Virus record (IMG/VR): IMGVR_UViG_3300008255_000016
Coordinates: 1 to 50,655 of that record
DNA from: a virus
Lineage: Duplodnaviria > Caudoviricetes
DNA: 50,655 nt
Reading direction: 5' to 3' (one strand)
The notes under the pieces are model-generated. The model was given only the letters and a program-made list of their open reading frames with translations, ran no database searches and was not told the origin of the DNA. Shown one piece after another: positions 17,139 through 26,508 of this stretch (positions are counted from its first letter, which is position 1; each line of letters begins with the position of its first letter). Position numbers and translations under genes: made by a program.

Positions 17139-17752
17139 CGGGAAACGACAGAGCGGGTAGTCGCCAGCTTGCACCCCGGGACAGGGGTGCCACTGCGGAG
17201 GTCAGCCAAGATCGCAATGGGGTCCACCCGCAGATACTTACGTGGGATCAGGGACTCGTCCACGATCTCGACGTGGTAATCCGTCCGGGTCTGAACCGGA
17301 GCAGCCTCGGGGATGACCACACTGGTCACGATCCGGGGCGTCTGCCCTGTCTCGGCGGACTCCAGCCGGGCAGCCGTCTCGTGATGGGCCTGCTCCCCGG
17401 CAGCCAGGATGCGACGACGCTCCACCTCCATAGCATACTCGGCAATGCCACGTTTTACCGTGGCAATGCACGCCTTCACCTGGACGGAGAGTTTCTGCGC
17501 CTCGGCGTCAATGGCCCGGCCAGCCGCCAGGAACGGAGCCTTGGCTGTGGTGCGCTGGTCCTCGATCAGCTTGGCCAGCTCCGCGAGTTCGAGCAGCAGC
17601 TCGCGTCGTTCCTGGCACTCCTCGTTGGTGGTCAGCGCAGGCAGGGTGCTGACCGCCAGCACCGCGAGTTCCGTGTTGCTGACCAGCTCCTCCGGCGCGA
17701 CGATGATGCTCGGCGGGCAGGCAGGGGTCAGGGCGATGAGGTCGGTTGGCAT
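17135..17752 (-). CDS. Siphovirus Gp157/Gam-like coiled-coil protein
   Basis: Long coiled coil followed by EIVDESLIPRKYLRVD..AI...L.SG..VPGC. Confidence 0.65.
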   Translation of the reverse strand: MPTDLIALTPACPPSIIVAPEELVSNTELAVLAVSTLPALTTNEECQERRELLLELAELAKLIEDQRTTAKAPFLAAGRAIDAEAQKLSVQVKACIATVKRGIAEYAMEVERRRILAAGEQAHHETAARLESAETGQTPRIVTSVVIPEAAPVQTRTDYHVEIVDESLIPRKYLRVDPIAILADLRSGTPVPGCKLATTRSVVSR

Positions 17753-19332
17753 ATGTAGGCTCCTATGAGGGCGCGTTGGATGTCATTGTACTCTACACAC
17801 TGAGCATCGAAGTTCTCGGCTTCGCGCAGTTTCTTGAGTACCGTGAGCTGGAACTTGTTGGTGACGAGATCAAGGTGGTGGCAGACGTCGGTCTGACCAC
17901 GACGGCAGGTGCGGGCAAGCATCTGCGCGTAGTCCGCACCGGACCAGTTGAAGTCGAGAGTGACGGAGATGCAGGACCGAAACAGGTCCATGCTGATACC
18001 TGCCGCGTGCTCCTGTCCGAGAAAGACCTGTGCCTCTCCGGCCTGGAACTTGCGCTGCGCTTCGATGCGATCCTTGCCCGTCACCGAACCGTCCACCCGG
18101 ACGAAGGTGTAGCCGTTCTCGATGAGCATGGCCTGCGCAGCGTCGAGCGATTCGGTGTAGCCCGCGAAGATGGCCACTGACTCACCGCCGGGTGGATCCA
18201 TCTCCGTCAGCAAGTAGTCCAGTTTCTCGTCAACACCCGCGCGAGCGAGAACGTGGGCGACCGCCGACGCTTCGGGGATCTTGCCGTGCTCCTGGATGTA
18301 GGCCCGCACGAAGTCGGCAGCCAGGGTGTCGAGTGGGATGGAACAGTCCCCGAGTTCGATGGTGTGGAGGTGCTGATCCGGGAACTGAATCTCACGCCGC
18401 ACGATCTCGCTGGCCTTGGTCATGGTGATCGTGTGCCGACCCATGAACTCGAAGAACAGCTCACGGGCCGGGCCAACGGGACGAGCCAGTCCGGTGACGG
18501 TGCGTGCGCCCAGCTTCTTCTTGATGAGGCAGCGGAAGTATTCACCGCATCGCCAGAGGTTGCCGAACCACGAGGCACCCGGGATGGCGAGGTCGAGGAT
18601 CGACAGCGACTTGTGGATGCCGCCGTGATTCATCGTGCCAGTGAGGCAGAAGCCGCAGTCAAAGGTGTTGCGGACGATGTGCGCGGACTTGGTGCGACGA
18701 GCACGGGGTTCCCCGAGCAGATGCACCTCGTCGAAGATGATGACACCGCCGAGGTTCGCGCAGCCGACCGCCTTGTGCAGCGAATCCATCGAGATGATCT
18801 GCACATCTAGGAATACCTGCTTGAGTGCGGGCACGAACCGCCGCCACGCGCCGAAGGCGTTGACCGGGCAGACGATCCAACACCGCTTCGACTTCTCCGG
18901 GTTCTCACTGGCGATGGCGATAGCAAGCGCAGCAGTAGGCAGCGTCTTGCCCAGGCCACAGCCCAGGTTGAGGACCGCCCCGGCTGGGGTGGTGTTGGCG
19001 ATGGTATAGGTCTGGTACTCGGACAACACCAGCCCATCGACGGACAGCGGAATGAAGCGGCGGTTGACATTCCAGACTCGCGGATCGTGCAGGCAGTTGG
19101 CCCACGACAGGACCCGGTTCTGTGGTACGCCCTCGTCGTGGAGGTAGCGGACCAGCGCGGTGCGGCTCTGCTCCGGGGTGAGCCTGCGAGCAATGCCACC
19201 GAGCACCGCCCCATCCGACAACATGCTGGCGAGAGCTGATACAGCAGCGCAGACCGGGCGGTCAGCAGACGAGAGCGCCTGCGGCCCGGTGTTGGGCAGG
19301 AATGGGATGGGGTAGGTGAAGGCTGGGATCAT
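17728..19332 (-). CDS. SNF2-like superfamily 2 helicase
   Basis: GCGLGKT, IFDEVH, LTGT, RVDGSV...R....KFQ, AAGISMDL and QMLARTCRRGQ. Confidence 0.9.
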   Translation of the reverse strand: MIPAFTYPIPFLPNTGPQALSSADRPVCAAVSALASMLSDGAVLGGIARRLTPEQSRTALVRYLHDEGVPQNRVLSWANCLHDPRVWNVNRRFIPLSVDGLVLSEYQTYTIANTTPAGAVLNLGCGLGKTLPTAALAIAIASENPEKSKRCWIVCPVNAFGAWRRFVPALKQVFLDVQIISMDSLHKAVGCANLGGVIIFDEVHLLGEPRARRTKSAHIVRNTFDCGFCLTGTMNHGGIHKSLSILDLAIPGASWFGNLWRCGEYFRCLIKKKLGARTVTGLARPVGPARELFFEFMGRHTITMTKASEIVRREIQFPDQHLHTIELGDCSIPLDTLAADFVRAYIQEHGKIPEASAVAHVLARAGVDEKLDYLLTEMDPPGGESVAIFAGYTESLDAAQAMLIENGYTFVRVDGSVTGKDRIEAQRKFQAGEAQVFLGQEHAAGISMDLFRSCISVTLDFNWSGADYAQMLARTCRRGQTDVCHHLDLVTNKFQLTVLKKLREAENFDAQCVEYNDIQRALIGAYICQPTSSP

Positions 19333-19511
19333 GGTACGGGGATGATCTTTCTCACCGCATCCTGGAGGCCGCGACGAGCGGACTCCAGCTTGATGAGGGC
19401 ATGGGACAGGTCGGCGTGGCGGGGCAGCGCATGCAGGCGTTCGATCTCGACGGCGAGCCGCCCGTCGAGATCCTTGATCGCCTCATGCTGTGCCGAAGTG
19501 AACTCGTCCAT
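19329..19511 (-). CDS. Small helical hairpin protein
   Basis: GGAGTGATG coupling; MDEFTSAQHEAIKDLD...LPRHADLSHALIKLESA. Confidence 0.55.
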   Translation of the reverse strand: MDEFTSAQHEAIKDLDGRLAVEIERLHALPRHADLSHALIKLESARRGLQDAVRKIIPVP

Positions 19512-19807
19512 CACTCCACCGACACATTGACAGAGGGATAGCCGGACTTGTTCGTCCCGGCGCAGACGCACTCGTACTCGCCACCGTTGGCGAGGATGAA
19601 GGCGACCGCTGCCGAGCAGTCCTTGGGGATGAAGCCGATGTGCGCGCCATCCTTGAGGATCTTCACGGCGAAGGGATCGAACTGGTTGGTCGGCTCCGGC
19701 TCCAGCGTCAGCTTGTCACCGGGCTGGAGCGAGAGCGCGATGGCCCGCTCGGCAGGAGTGCGGAAGGAAATGCCAGCGACAGTGAAGCCGCGCAGGAAAG
19801 GGGTCAT
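19511..19807 (-). CDS. HIRAN domain protein
   Basis: FTVAGISFR...L.PGD.L.LEPEPTNQFDPFAVKI....HIGFIP is the HIRAN signature. Confidence 0.9.
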   Translation of the reverse strand: MTPFLRGFTVAGISFRTPAERAIALSLQPGDKLTLEPEPTNQFDPFAVKILKDGAHIGFIPKDCSAAVAFILANGGEYECVCAGTNKSGYPSVNVSVE

Positions 19808-19810
19808 GGG

Positions 19811-20008
19811 TTAGTTCTCCTTGTGGGGGAAGTGAAGATCAACGATGTGGCGGGTGCCAGCACCGTCACTCTGTGAGCAGATCCAGCGGTGGTCGATGAT
19901 GCGGACGCGGCCACTCATCAGGGGCGGCATCTGGCTATCGCACCGGAGCATGGGCTTGCCGCACACCGGGCACGGTGGCGTGGGCATGGAGCAGTTGGGA
20001 CAGGTCAT
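19811..20008 (-). CDS. Small Zn-finger protein
   Basis: CPNC..CPVCGKPM..WICS; GGAGG RBS. Confidence 0.55.
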   Translation of the reverse strand: MTCPNCSMPTPPCPVCGKPMLRCDSQMPPLMSGRVRIIDHRWICSQSDGAGTRHIVDLHFPHKEN

Positions 20009-20322
20009 CGAATCAGTCCTCCGCGATATGGGAGCAGCTTGGGTTCCAGGTCGAGTGGGTCGTGTGCGCTGGCCCAGGCCAATCGTTCCTTGGCCCGGGT
20101 AAGATTCGCGGTGATGATCTTCACCTGCTGCTGCTTCCGCAGGCGGTACGAGAACAGCGCCGCTTCCTTGGTTTGGTGGGCGAAGTGCCCGTGCTTGTAG
20201 ATCCGCCGCACCTCACCATAGAGAGTGATGACGAAGGTGTGCGGCGTCTCCTTCACCACGGTCCACTCGTCGATGAGCGGCTTGCTCCCGATAGGTGAGT
20301 CGATCAGCCGATACAGAATCAT
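20005..20322 (-). CDS. Hypothetical protein
   Basis: ATGA-coupled to the polymerase gene; VVKETP...FAHQTKEAAL.SY..RK. Confidence 0.6.
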   Translation of the reverse strand: MILYRLIDSPIGSKPLIDEWTVVKETPHTFVITLYGEVRRIYKHGHFAHQTKEAALFSYRLRKQQQVKIITANLTRAKERLAWASAHDPLDLEPKLLPYRGGLIR

Positions 20323-22457
20323 GGCAGATTCTCCAAGAGTTTTGGGTTGGTCTTGAGGGCTTCCCACCACGCCATGTTCGGCGGGTAGATCAGCTTGCCG
20401 TTCTTCTCTCCGATGGGTGGCAGCAGCGTGCCCATATCAGACTCAAACATGGACTGGCTCACATTCACTTCGGTCGGATCGAGGTGAACTGCCCAGCCCC
20501 AGCCGATCTCGGTGCTGGCGGCGAGAAGATCCTCTCTCGCCTTGATAACCTCGGACACATCCTTGGACACAGCGAGAAGCGCCTCGTCGTGAACGGAGAG
20601 CTGGTATTCATAGCCCTTCCGCTTGAGGTTGAGCTGCATCTCGCACAGCGCGTTGCGTGCTGCGGCCTGCACCACATTCTCGATCACGATGCTGGGCGAG
20701 AGGGCGCGGTAGCCTTTGCTGCCCGCCATCGAGGTCAGCGCGATGCCACCGTTGTCGCCCACTGGACGCACGTCGATGTCGCGCCACGTCACGGTTGGGC
20801 AGTCCCACAATCCGCAGCGCACGCGCACCGACCGACCCTCGAAGGTTTCGTCCCAACGCAGATCAATCAGCCCACGATCCGGGGCGTTCGGCTGACCGTA
20901 GAGCTGGTCGAGCGCACGGTTCGCCTCGGTCGCATTCACACAGCGATTCAGCCGTTCGAGCGTGGTCATCAGCCAGCGCGAGGTGCGACCGAACTCGGGA
21001 TGAATCTCGTTGAACAGGATGCGGGTGTGGTAGGCCACCGCCGCGACTTCCCACGGAGCATTGAGCTTGGTCATGGCCCGGCGGGTCGCACCGTCTGCGG
21101 GCGGACCCCAATGCTGATCCTCGCACACCTTACGCAGATCCGCGAGCGAGACGCCGAAGGTCGGGTCAGCCACCGCCAGGAGCAGCGTGCTGATCCAGGT
21201 CTGGATGCCCATGCCGTAGCCCAGCCCGAGCACCGCTGCCTTCGCAATCTGACGGGCCGCATCGGCCTTGGTGACGAGCTTGCCTGTCGCCGCCAACCAG
21301 AACGCAGCGTAGGGATCGGCCCCGATGTTCGTCTCGAACAGTGAGCGGACGTGCGCGCTCTTGGTAAGCATGCCTTCGATGCGGTACTCCACGTTGGCGA
21401 AGTCGCCGCGCACGAAGCATGCCCACTCGGGCAGCCGGAAGATCGAGCGGATCGCTTTCGACAGCCGCTTGTCCCGCTTCGGCAGGTTGTGGAGGTTGAT
21501 GCCCTTGCCGCCGGGCTGCGGGCTGGACAGCCGACCCGTGTGCGCCCTATGATACCCAAGTTCAACGTCAACCTCGGGGATACCAGAGAACGCGGAGATG
21601 CGGCGACCATGGGACAGCGACTTGTTCGCCCGCTCGGTGCTGCGCAGCACCGTCACCGCCTCGGGCGCAGCGGCAGACAACTTGGTCGGGTTGATTTTCT
21701 TGAAGCTGATGCTCTGTGTGTCGAAGCCGAACTCGGACAGGAGCAGAGCCTTCACGGTGGCAGGCTTGACGCTACGCACCTTGGTGCCGTCCATGCCGAA
21801 AGCCTTGGCCCCATCATCACCCAACAGGAGAACCGCTTGCTCGACGGACTCGCTCGCCACCCGAGCGAACTCCTCTTGTGCCGTCGCAAGTTTGTCCGCG
21901 TCGATCTCGAAGTACATCTCGCGCGCTGCGTTGCACATCTCCGCGAGCATCACTTCCTTCGGATGCAGGCGGGCCATCGCCCGCTGATGAATCGCCCGGC
22001 AGATCCGCACGTCCTGCTTGCAGTAGGCAGCCAACATCTCGGGCGACATGCCCATCACTTTCGTGCCCTCGCCCAGCTTGGTCAGGCCCAGGTTCAAGGT
22101 GCGCGTCAGGTTGTCGATGCCGTAGCCGCCGGGATGATTGGGCCACGCACCGCACGCCAGCTCCAGCGAGCAATGCACATGCTGCGGCTGCGACAGTCCG
22201 TACTTGTGCCGGAGGTAGCGCAGATCGAAAGCGCAGTTGTGGGCGACGAAGGTCCAGTCCGGGTCATTGGCTAGTGCCTCAACCTGTGGGAGAATCGCCT
22301 CGAACTCAGCCGGAAGATACCACTCCGGCTCCTCCTCATCCATCGAGAACGAGATGCCCAGCATGTGCGAGCTGGCGATGTACTTTCGCAGTGTCATCTT
22401 CGACAATGACACTTCCCGAGAGTAGGAACTCTCGATGTCGAAGTAGAGGTAGTGCAT
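20319..22457 (-). CDS. polA: Family A DNA polymerase with 3'-5' exonuclease
   Basis: Exo motifs FDIES, HNCAFD, YCKQDV; polymerase motifs HTGRLSS, DFANVEYR (A), RQIAKAAVLGLGYG (B), ENVVQ and SVHDE (C). Confidence 0.95.
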   Translation of the reverse strand: MHYLYFDIESSYSREVSLSKMTLRKYIASSHMLGISFSMDEEEPEWYLPAEFEAILPQVEALANDPDWTFVAHNCAFDLRYLRHKYGLSQPQHVHCSLELACGAWPNHPGGYGIDNLTRTLNLGLTKLGEGTKVMGMSPEMLAAYCKQDVRICRAIHQRAMARLHPKEVMLAEMCNAAREMYFEIDADKLATAQEEFARVASESVEQAVLLLGDDGAKAFGMDGTKVRSVKPATVKALLLSEFGFDTQSISFKKINPTKLSAAAPEAVTVLRSTERANKSLSHGRRISAFSGIPEVDVELGYHRAHTGRLSSPQPGGKGINLHNLPKRDKRLSKAIRSIFRLPEWACFVRGDFANVEYRIEGMLTKSAHVRSLFETNIGADPYAAFWLAATGKLVTKADAARQIAKAAVLGLGYGMGIQTWISTLLLAVADPTFGVSLADLRKVCEDQHWGPPADGATRRAMTKLNAPWEVAAVAYHTRILFNEIHPEFGRTSRWLMTTLERLNRCVNATEANRALDQLYGQPNAPDRGLIDLRWDETFEGRSVRVRCGLWDCPTVTWRDIDVRPVGDNGGIALTSMAGSKGYRALSPSIVIENVVQAAARNALCEMQLNLKRKGYEYQLSVHDEALLAVSKDVSEVIKAREDLLAASTEIGWGWAVHLDPTEVNVSQSMFESDMGTLLPPIGEKNGKLIYPPNMAWWEALKTNPKLLENLP

Positions 22458-22459
22458 GC

Positions 22460-24808
22460 CTACTCCGGTGGGAGTGTGCGGTGGGTGGCGGGTGCATCCT
22501 GTTCGATACGGACCCGGATCGCGCCGCTGTTGTCGCTCATCCGCGTCATCTTCCATCCGCGCTCACCACAGATGTCGGGCAGCAACCACTCAGCTCCGAC
22601 CTGTGGCATGAGTGCTTTCAGATCCCGGGCGAACGCGAGGGACATCACGCGGTCGCTGACGTTGCGGGTGCGGCCACCGATGAAGGTGAGCAGCGTGCCG
22701 AGATTGCTGTTGGTGCTGCCTGCAATCGTGAGGCGACCACGCAGGATTGCGGTCGGGGATAGGCCATGCGCCCCACCATCCGGGGACTCCTGCCGGGCCA
22801 CCTGCACCAGTTCCTCGATCCGCATGGGACCGATCTCAGAGAACACGGCATAGGCGCGGACAACCACACCGTCACCGTCCATCTGTTGTGCGAGAAGCCC
22901 ACTGCTTTCGGCCTCCCTGGTGTGCGCGCCGATGGCCTTGCGACAGGACTCCATGAACGAGTCGATGGCGAGCGTGGCCTCTACGTCCGGCAATCCATCA
23001 CGCTGACGCAGGATGCGGATAGCCATGGCCCGGATGTTCGAGTAGCGGGAGCCGCTGTTCGTGGTGCCGAAGCGCCCGTCGTTCACGTAATCGACCAGCC
23101 CCAGGCGTTCAATCATACCCAGCGCCGCCAGCCGCAGGCGCACGCTCACGACACCTGCTTCCACCTCATGCAGCACGTCGGCGCGCGACCGCTGTTCATC
23201 GGTGAACGTCTCCATGAACACCGGGAAGCAACGGTTCACCAGATCCGGCGGCACGTAGAACACTTTGGTGTTGGCGATCAGCGGATACTTGAGGGTGACG
23301 GGGAAGCTCTCGTTCTCGAAGGTCTTGCCCATCTTGACCGCCCCACCGACGAGCAGCGATTGCAGATTCTTGTGGCAGAGGAAGTGCTGCCCGGACTGGG
23401 GCATCACCCACTCGTCGATGTTCAGCGTGCCGTAGTGCTCGACATCCGCAGCGAGTGCGCGCATGTCCGGGGCAGAGGTCGAAGTCGGAACCGCATCAGC
23501 ACGCCCGATGCCGGGGACGAAGGCGTTGGCTACCACATCGGCGGCGTAGGTCTTGCCTTGGTTGGTTGCGTCCTCGGGCTGCGGGTCCGCAGGCATGAAC
23601 AGAATGAAGGGTTTCTCCCGCTGCAAACTCGGGCACTCCACCCGCATCAGCCCAGCGCAGAGGATGGAATCGAAGACAGCCTTGAACGCAGGCTGGAACA
23701 AACGGTACCGCTCGAAGCTCGTGTTCGGGAAAGCGTGCAGGAAAATATCAGACGGGCGAGCATAGGTATCGTAGGTTTTCGGGAGGCTGGCGATGTACCG
23801 CATCTTCGCCTCGACATCAGCAGTCCCAGGCTTGAGGTTCCAATCGAAGCCGATGATCTCCTCTGTCCCGCCCGGAACCAGTTCCACCTTCCCATTCTCA
23901 GCCATCCACACGTTGGTCAGCCGCATCCCATGCTGCACGAACCCGTGCATGGACTGCGGGTCAGGCATCAGCCGGGACCACGGGCCAGCCAGCACGAACC
24001 CAGGCACGTTTGCGAGAGACTGCCGCTCCAGATAGTTCGACACGGGCAGCGACTTGAGCAGGTTGTTCACGGCCACGGCGAGTGGGTGCGCTAGCTTCCC
24101 ACGGTTCGGTGGCAGGCCCAGCGCAGGCCCGAGCATGTCGAGGTGCCGCTTGGTGCAGAGGTTCGTACCATCGGGGGCATCGACGAAGATGGCCTTGCCC
24201 TCGTAGGTGACCACCAACCCGTGGATCCGTGAGAATCGCAGGTGTTTCAGCAGGTGGATGTACGCGACAATCTTGTGCCAGTCGTGGATGAAGATGCTGT
24301 CCTTGGGTGCGAACTGTATGGCGAACCGTAGCTCAGCCCACGGAACCAACCCCAGCGACACAGGCCACCCGCACAGACGGTGTGCCTCAGCCAGCGCGGT
24401 GCGCCACTCCTCGATGGTCTCGTCCGGGCGCATGGCGCACATCGGGTAGAGGGAGGAGAGCAGGGTGGCGATCTTGTGGTGGTGCTTGAAGCCAACGCCT
24501 CCGAACAGGCAGCGCATGCGGGACCAGTGGAAATCTGCGGTGCTCGGATCGTGGTGAACGCTAATCAGTTTCAACTCTGAGACGTGGTCTGCGAGGCAGA
24601 GGAAGATGTCGAGTGTGGCCTGGTCCTCGTTGTTCTCATCGTACTGCCCACTCGCTCGACCGAAGGCTGCATCCAGCGCCTCGCGCTCCGGGTCATCAGC
24701 CTCGAACTTGCGACTGGTCTGTTCGGGATCGTTGTAGATGGGGAGGAATAGGTTGTTCGTTCGGGCGGCGATCTCCCGTGTCGCTGCGACGTTGATGTCG
24801 TCGGGCAT
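22460..24808 (-). CDS. Putative SF3/AAA+-like replicative helicase with uncharacterised N-terminal half
   Basis: Atypical Walker A (ATNQGKT), Walker B LNIDE, sensor-like LIANT and DLVNR; next to polA. Confidence 0.55.
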   Translation of the reverse strand: MPDDINVAATREIAARTNNLFLPIYNDPEQTSRKFEADDPEREALDAAFGRASGQYDENNEDQATLDIFLCLADHVSELKLISVHHDPSTADFHWSRMRCLFGGVGFKHHHKIATLLSSLYPMCAMRPDETIEEWRTALAEAHRLCGWPVSLGLVPWAELRFAIQFAPKDSIFIHDWHKIVAYIHLLKHLRFSRIHGLVVTYEGKAIFVDAPDGTNLCTKRHLDMLGPALGLPPNRGKLAHPLAVAVNNLLKSLPVSNYLERQSLANVPGFVLAGPWSRLMPDPQSMHGFVQHGMRLTNVWMAENGKVELVPGGTEEIIGFDWNLKPGTADVEAKMRYIASLPKTYDTYARPSDIFLHAFPNTSFERYRLFQPAFKAVFDSILCAGLMRVECPSLQREKPFILFMPADPQPEDATNQGKTYAADVVANAFVPGIGRADAVPTSTSAPDMRALAADVEHYGTLNIDEWVMPQSGQHFLCHKNLQSLLVGGAVKMGKTFENESFPVTLKYPLIANTKVFYVPPDLVNRCFPVFMETFTDEQRSRADVLHEVEAGVVSVRLRLAALGMIERLGLVDYVNDGRFGTTNSGSRYSNIRAMAIRILRQRDGLPDVEATLAIDSFMESCRKAIGAHTREAESSGLLAQQMDGDGVVVRAYAVFSEIGPMRIEELVQVARQESPDGGAHGLSPTAILRGRLTIAGSTNSNLGTLLTFIGGRTRNVSDRVMSLAFARDLKALMPQVGAEWLLPDICGERGWKMTRMSDNSGAIRVRIEQDAPATHRTLPPE

Positions 24809-24845
24809 GCATACTCCTGAGATGCGGCGGATTGGACCGGCTATC

Positions 24846-24883
24846 CTACCCGTAGCGGCCAGTTGTCCAGCCGCTACGGGTAG
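24846..24883. promoter_or_regulatory. 14-bp perfect inverted repeat upstream of the helicase/polymerase operon
   Basis: CTACCCGTAGCGGC-N10-GCCGCTACGGGTAG; overlaps a TGGACA-N15-TAGGAT promoter-like sequence on the minus strand. Confidence 0.5.
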
Positions 24884-24900
24884 TGTTGGGTTGGATCAGA

Positions 24901-25233
24901 CTACACAACGGTTGCGGGTGCAGCTTTCTTGAGCGCCCGCAGCTCGTCTACCAGTAAATCCATGATGTGCTCCAACATCTCGACCCCACCGGGGTTTGCT
25001 GGTGTTGGCCCGATCAAGCAGATGTTGTGGAGCGGACGGGCCACCGAGAGGATCGAACACTTCTCGTTCCCTTCGACAGCCTTCGCCATCTTCCGCATCA
25101 GGTCGATGGCATCGACTGGACCGAGGCGCTGCGAGACAAGCGTGATGGCTGCGAGCGCGCGGCTCGCGTACTGGCGGTCCGGGAAGGACTGCCAGAACAT
25201 CTTGACCACGCGGTCGGTAGGATCATGCGGCAC
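24901..25233 (-). CDS. Hypothetical protein
   Basis: GGAGGAG upstream of GTG 25233. Confidence 0.55.
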   Translation of the reverse strand: MPHDPTDRVVKMFWQSFPDRQYASRALAAITLVSQRLGPVDAIDLMRKMAKAVEGNEKCSILSVARPLHNICLIGPTPANPGGVEMLEHIMDLLVDELRALKKAAPATVV

Positions 25234-25660
25234 GGGCCATCTCCTCCAGGTTGGTGAGGACGATACCCAGCACACGGTCGAACTCGTCACCGAGCACGTC
25301 CTTGAGCCGGTCACGCAGCAGGCCGAGGCGCTCGAACGCCACAGTCGCGTAGCGCATGTCGTCCTCCCCTGCCCCGGTGCGGGCTATCTGCATCAGCTCC
25401 TCCGGGGTGGTCGAGACATGCCGAGCGGCAATCTCCATCATCAGCGTCTTGAACACCGCATTGGTGTCGATGCTGCTGCCACCTTGGAGGTTCGGTCCAC
25501 GGGCATAGGGTATGAGCATCTGCCTGCCCCCACGCTGGATGCAGATGACCCAACGGTGCGCCCGCTGCGGGCCGTTTATCATCGAGCGATCACGAAGGGA
25601 TCGCTGGGTCGGGCGATAGGCCGTGATCTTCACGTCCTCAGCCAGATTGATGCGTTTCAT
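25223..25660 (-). CDS. Hypothetical protein
   Basis: AAAGGA RBS; directly follows the GATase gene. Confidence 0.6.
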   Translation of the reverse strand: MKRINLAEDVKITAYRPTQRSLRDRSMINGPQRAHRWVICIQRGGRQMLIPYARGPNLQGGSSIDTNAVFKTLMMEIAARHVSTTPEELMQIARTGAGEDDMRYATVAFERLGLLRDRLKDVLGDEFDRVLGIVLTNLEEMARAA

Positions 25661-25663
25661 GGT

Positions 25664-26506
25664 TCAGTCCTTTCCTGATTCACGGCGGTCGTTCTCAACG
25701 ACAGCCTCGTAGTTGCGGATGGCGACCTCATCTTCCTGCCCGAGCATCAGCTCTAGCAGTTCTTCCTTGGTTATGCCTAGCTCGCGGCACACCTCATCAT
25801 CGTCGTTCTTATGCCGGGACCTCGAAGCCGTGACGATGGAGATGGCTGCGTCCTTGTGCGCGTCAGGCTTGGGCTTGGCCTTCCGCTTGCCCCACCGCTC
25901 ACGTAGATTGGTGCGGCCAGTGACGAGGAGCGGGGTCGTCTCGAAGTTCGCATACACGATGCGCTTGTACGATCCGTTGCTCCACCAACACCCAAGATCC
26001 CAGGTTCCTGCCCGCTCGTTGAGGATGAGCACGCGCCCCAGGCGTGTGAGGAACACCAGCTTGTTGCCCATGCCTGCGTAGCCGTCGATCAGGTGGATGG
26101 TAGCGGCGTTGTCCATCCAGTCGGCGGGCAGTTTCTTGAGCACATCCTCGACGAACGTCGCGGTGTCTGAGAGTCCGTCCTGCTCGCGCGCCTTGATCGG
26201 CAAGATCCCGTTGTGAACCATGGCACACTCATTCTTTTTGATCCAGAACGGGTGCGTCATGCTCTCGTCCCGCTTGCCGTGCGTGGCGATGCGGAAGTGG
26301 GCGACAGCAACAGCATCGCGCGGCACCATCGCCCAACAGTCGAGGAACTTGGCGAAGGTCATCAGCCCCTTCCAGACGTGCATCCTACCCCGATGCGCGA
26401 CCATGATACCAGCCCCGTGCGGGTTCGTCTGCCAACAGTTGTAGAGCGTGTCCTTGGTGATGGATTCACGATCCACCGTGTCAGGTTTCATCAGAATGAT
26501 GCACAT
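25664..26506 (-). CDS. Class II (Ntn) glutamine amidotransferase
   Basis: N-terminal nucleophile M-C2; NPHGAG, HFRIATHG, HPF, HNG and SDT motifs. Confidence 0.92.
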   Translation of the reverse strand: MCIILMKPDTVDRESITKDTLYNCWQTNPHGAGIMVAHRGRMHVWKGLMTFAKFLDCWAMVPRDAVAVAHFRIATHGKRDESMTHPFWIKKNECAMVHNGILPIKAREQDGLSDTATFVEDVLKKLPADWMDNAATIHLIDGYAGMGNKLVFLTRLGRVLILNERAGTWDLGCWWSNGSYKRIVYANFETTPLLVTGRTNLRERWGKRKAKPKPDAHKDAAISIVTASRSRHKNDDDEVCRELGITKEELLELMLGQEDEVAIRNYEAVVENDRRESGKD

Positions 26507-26508
26507 GA

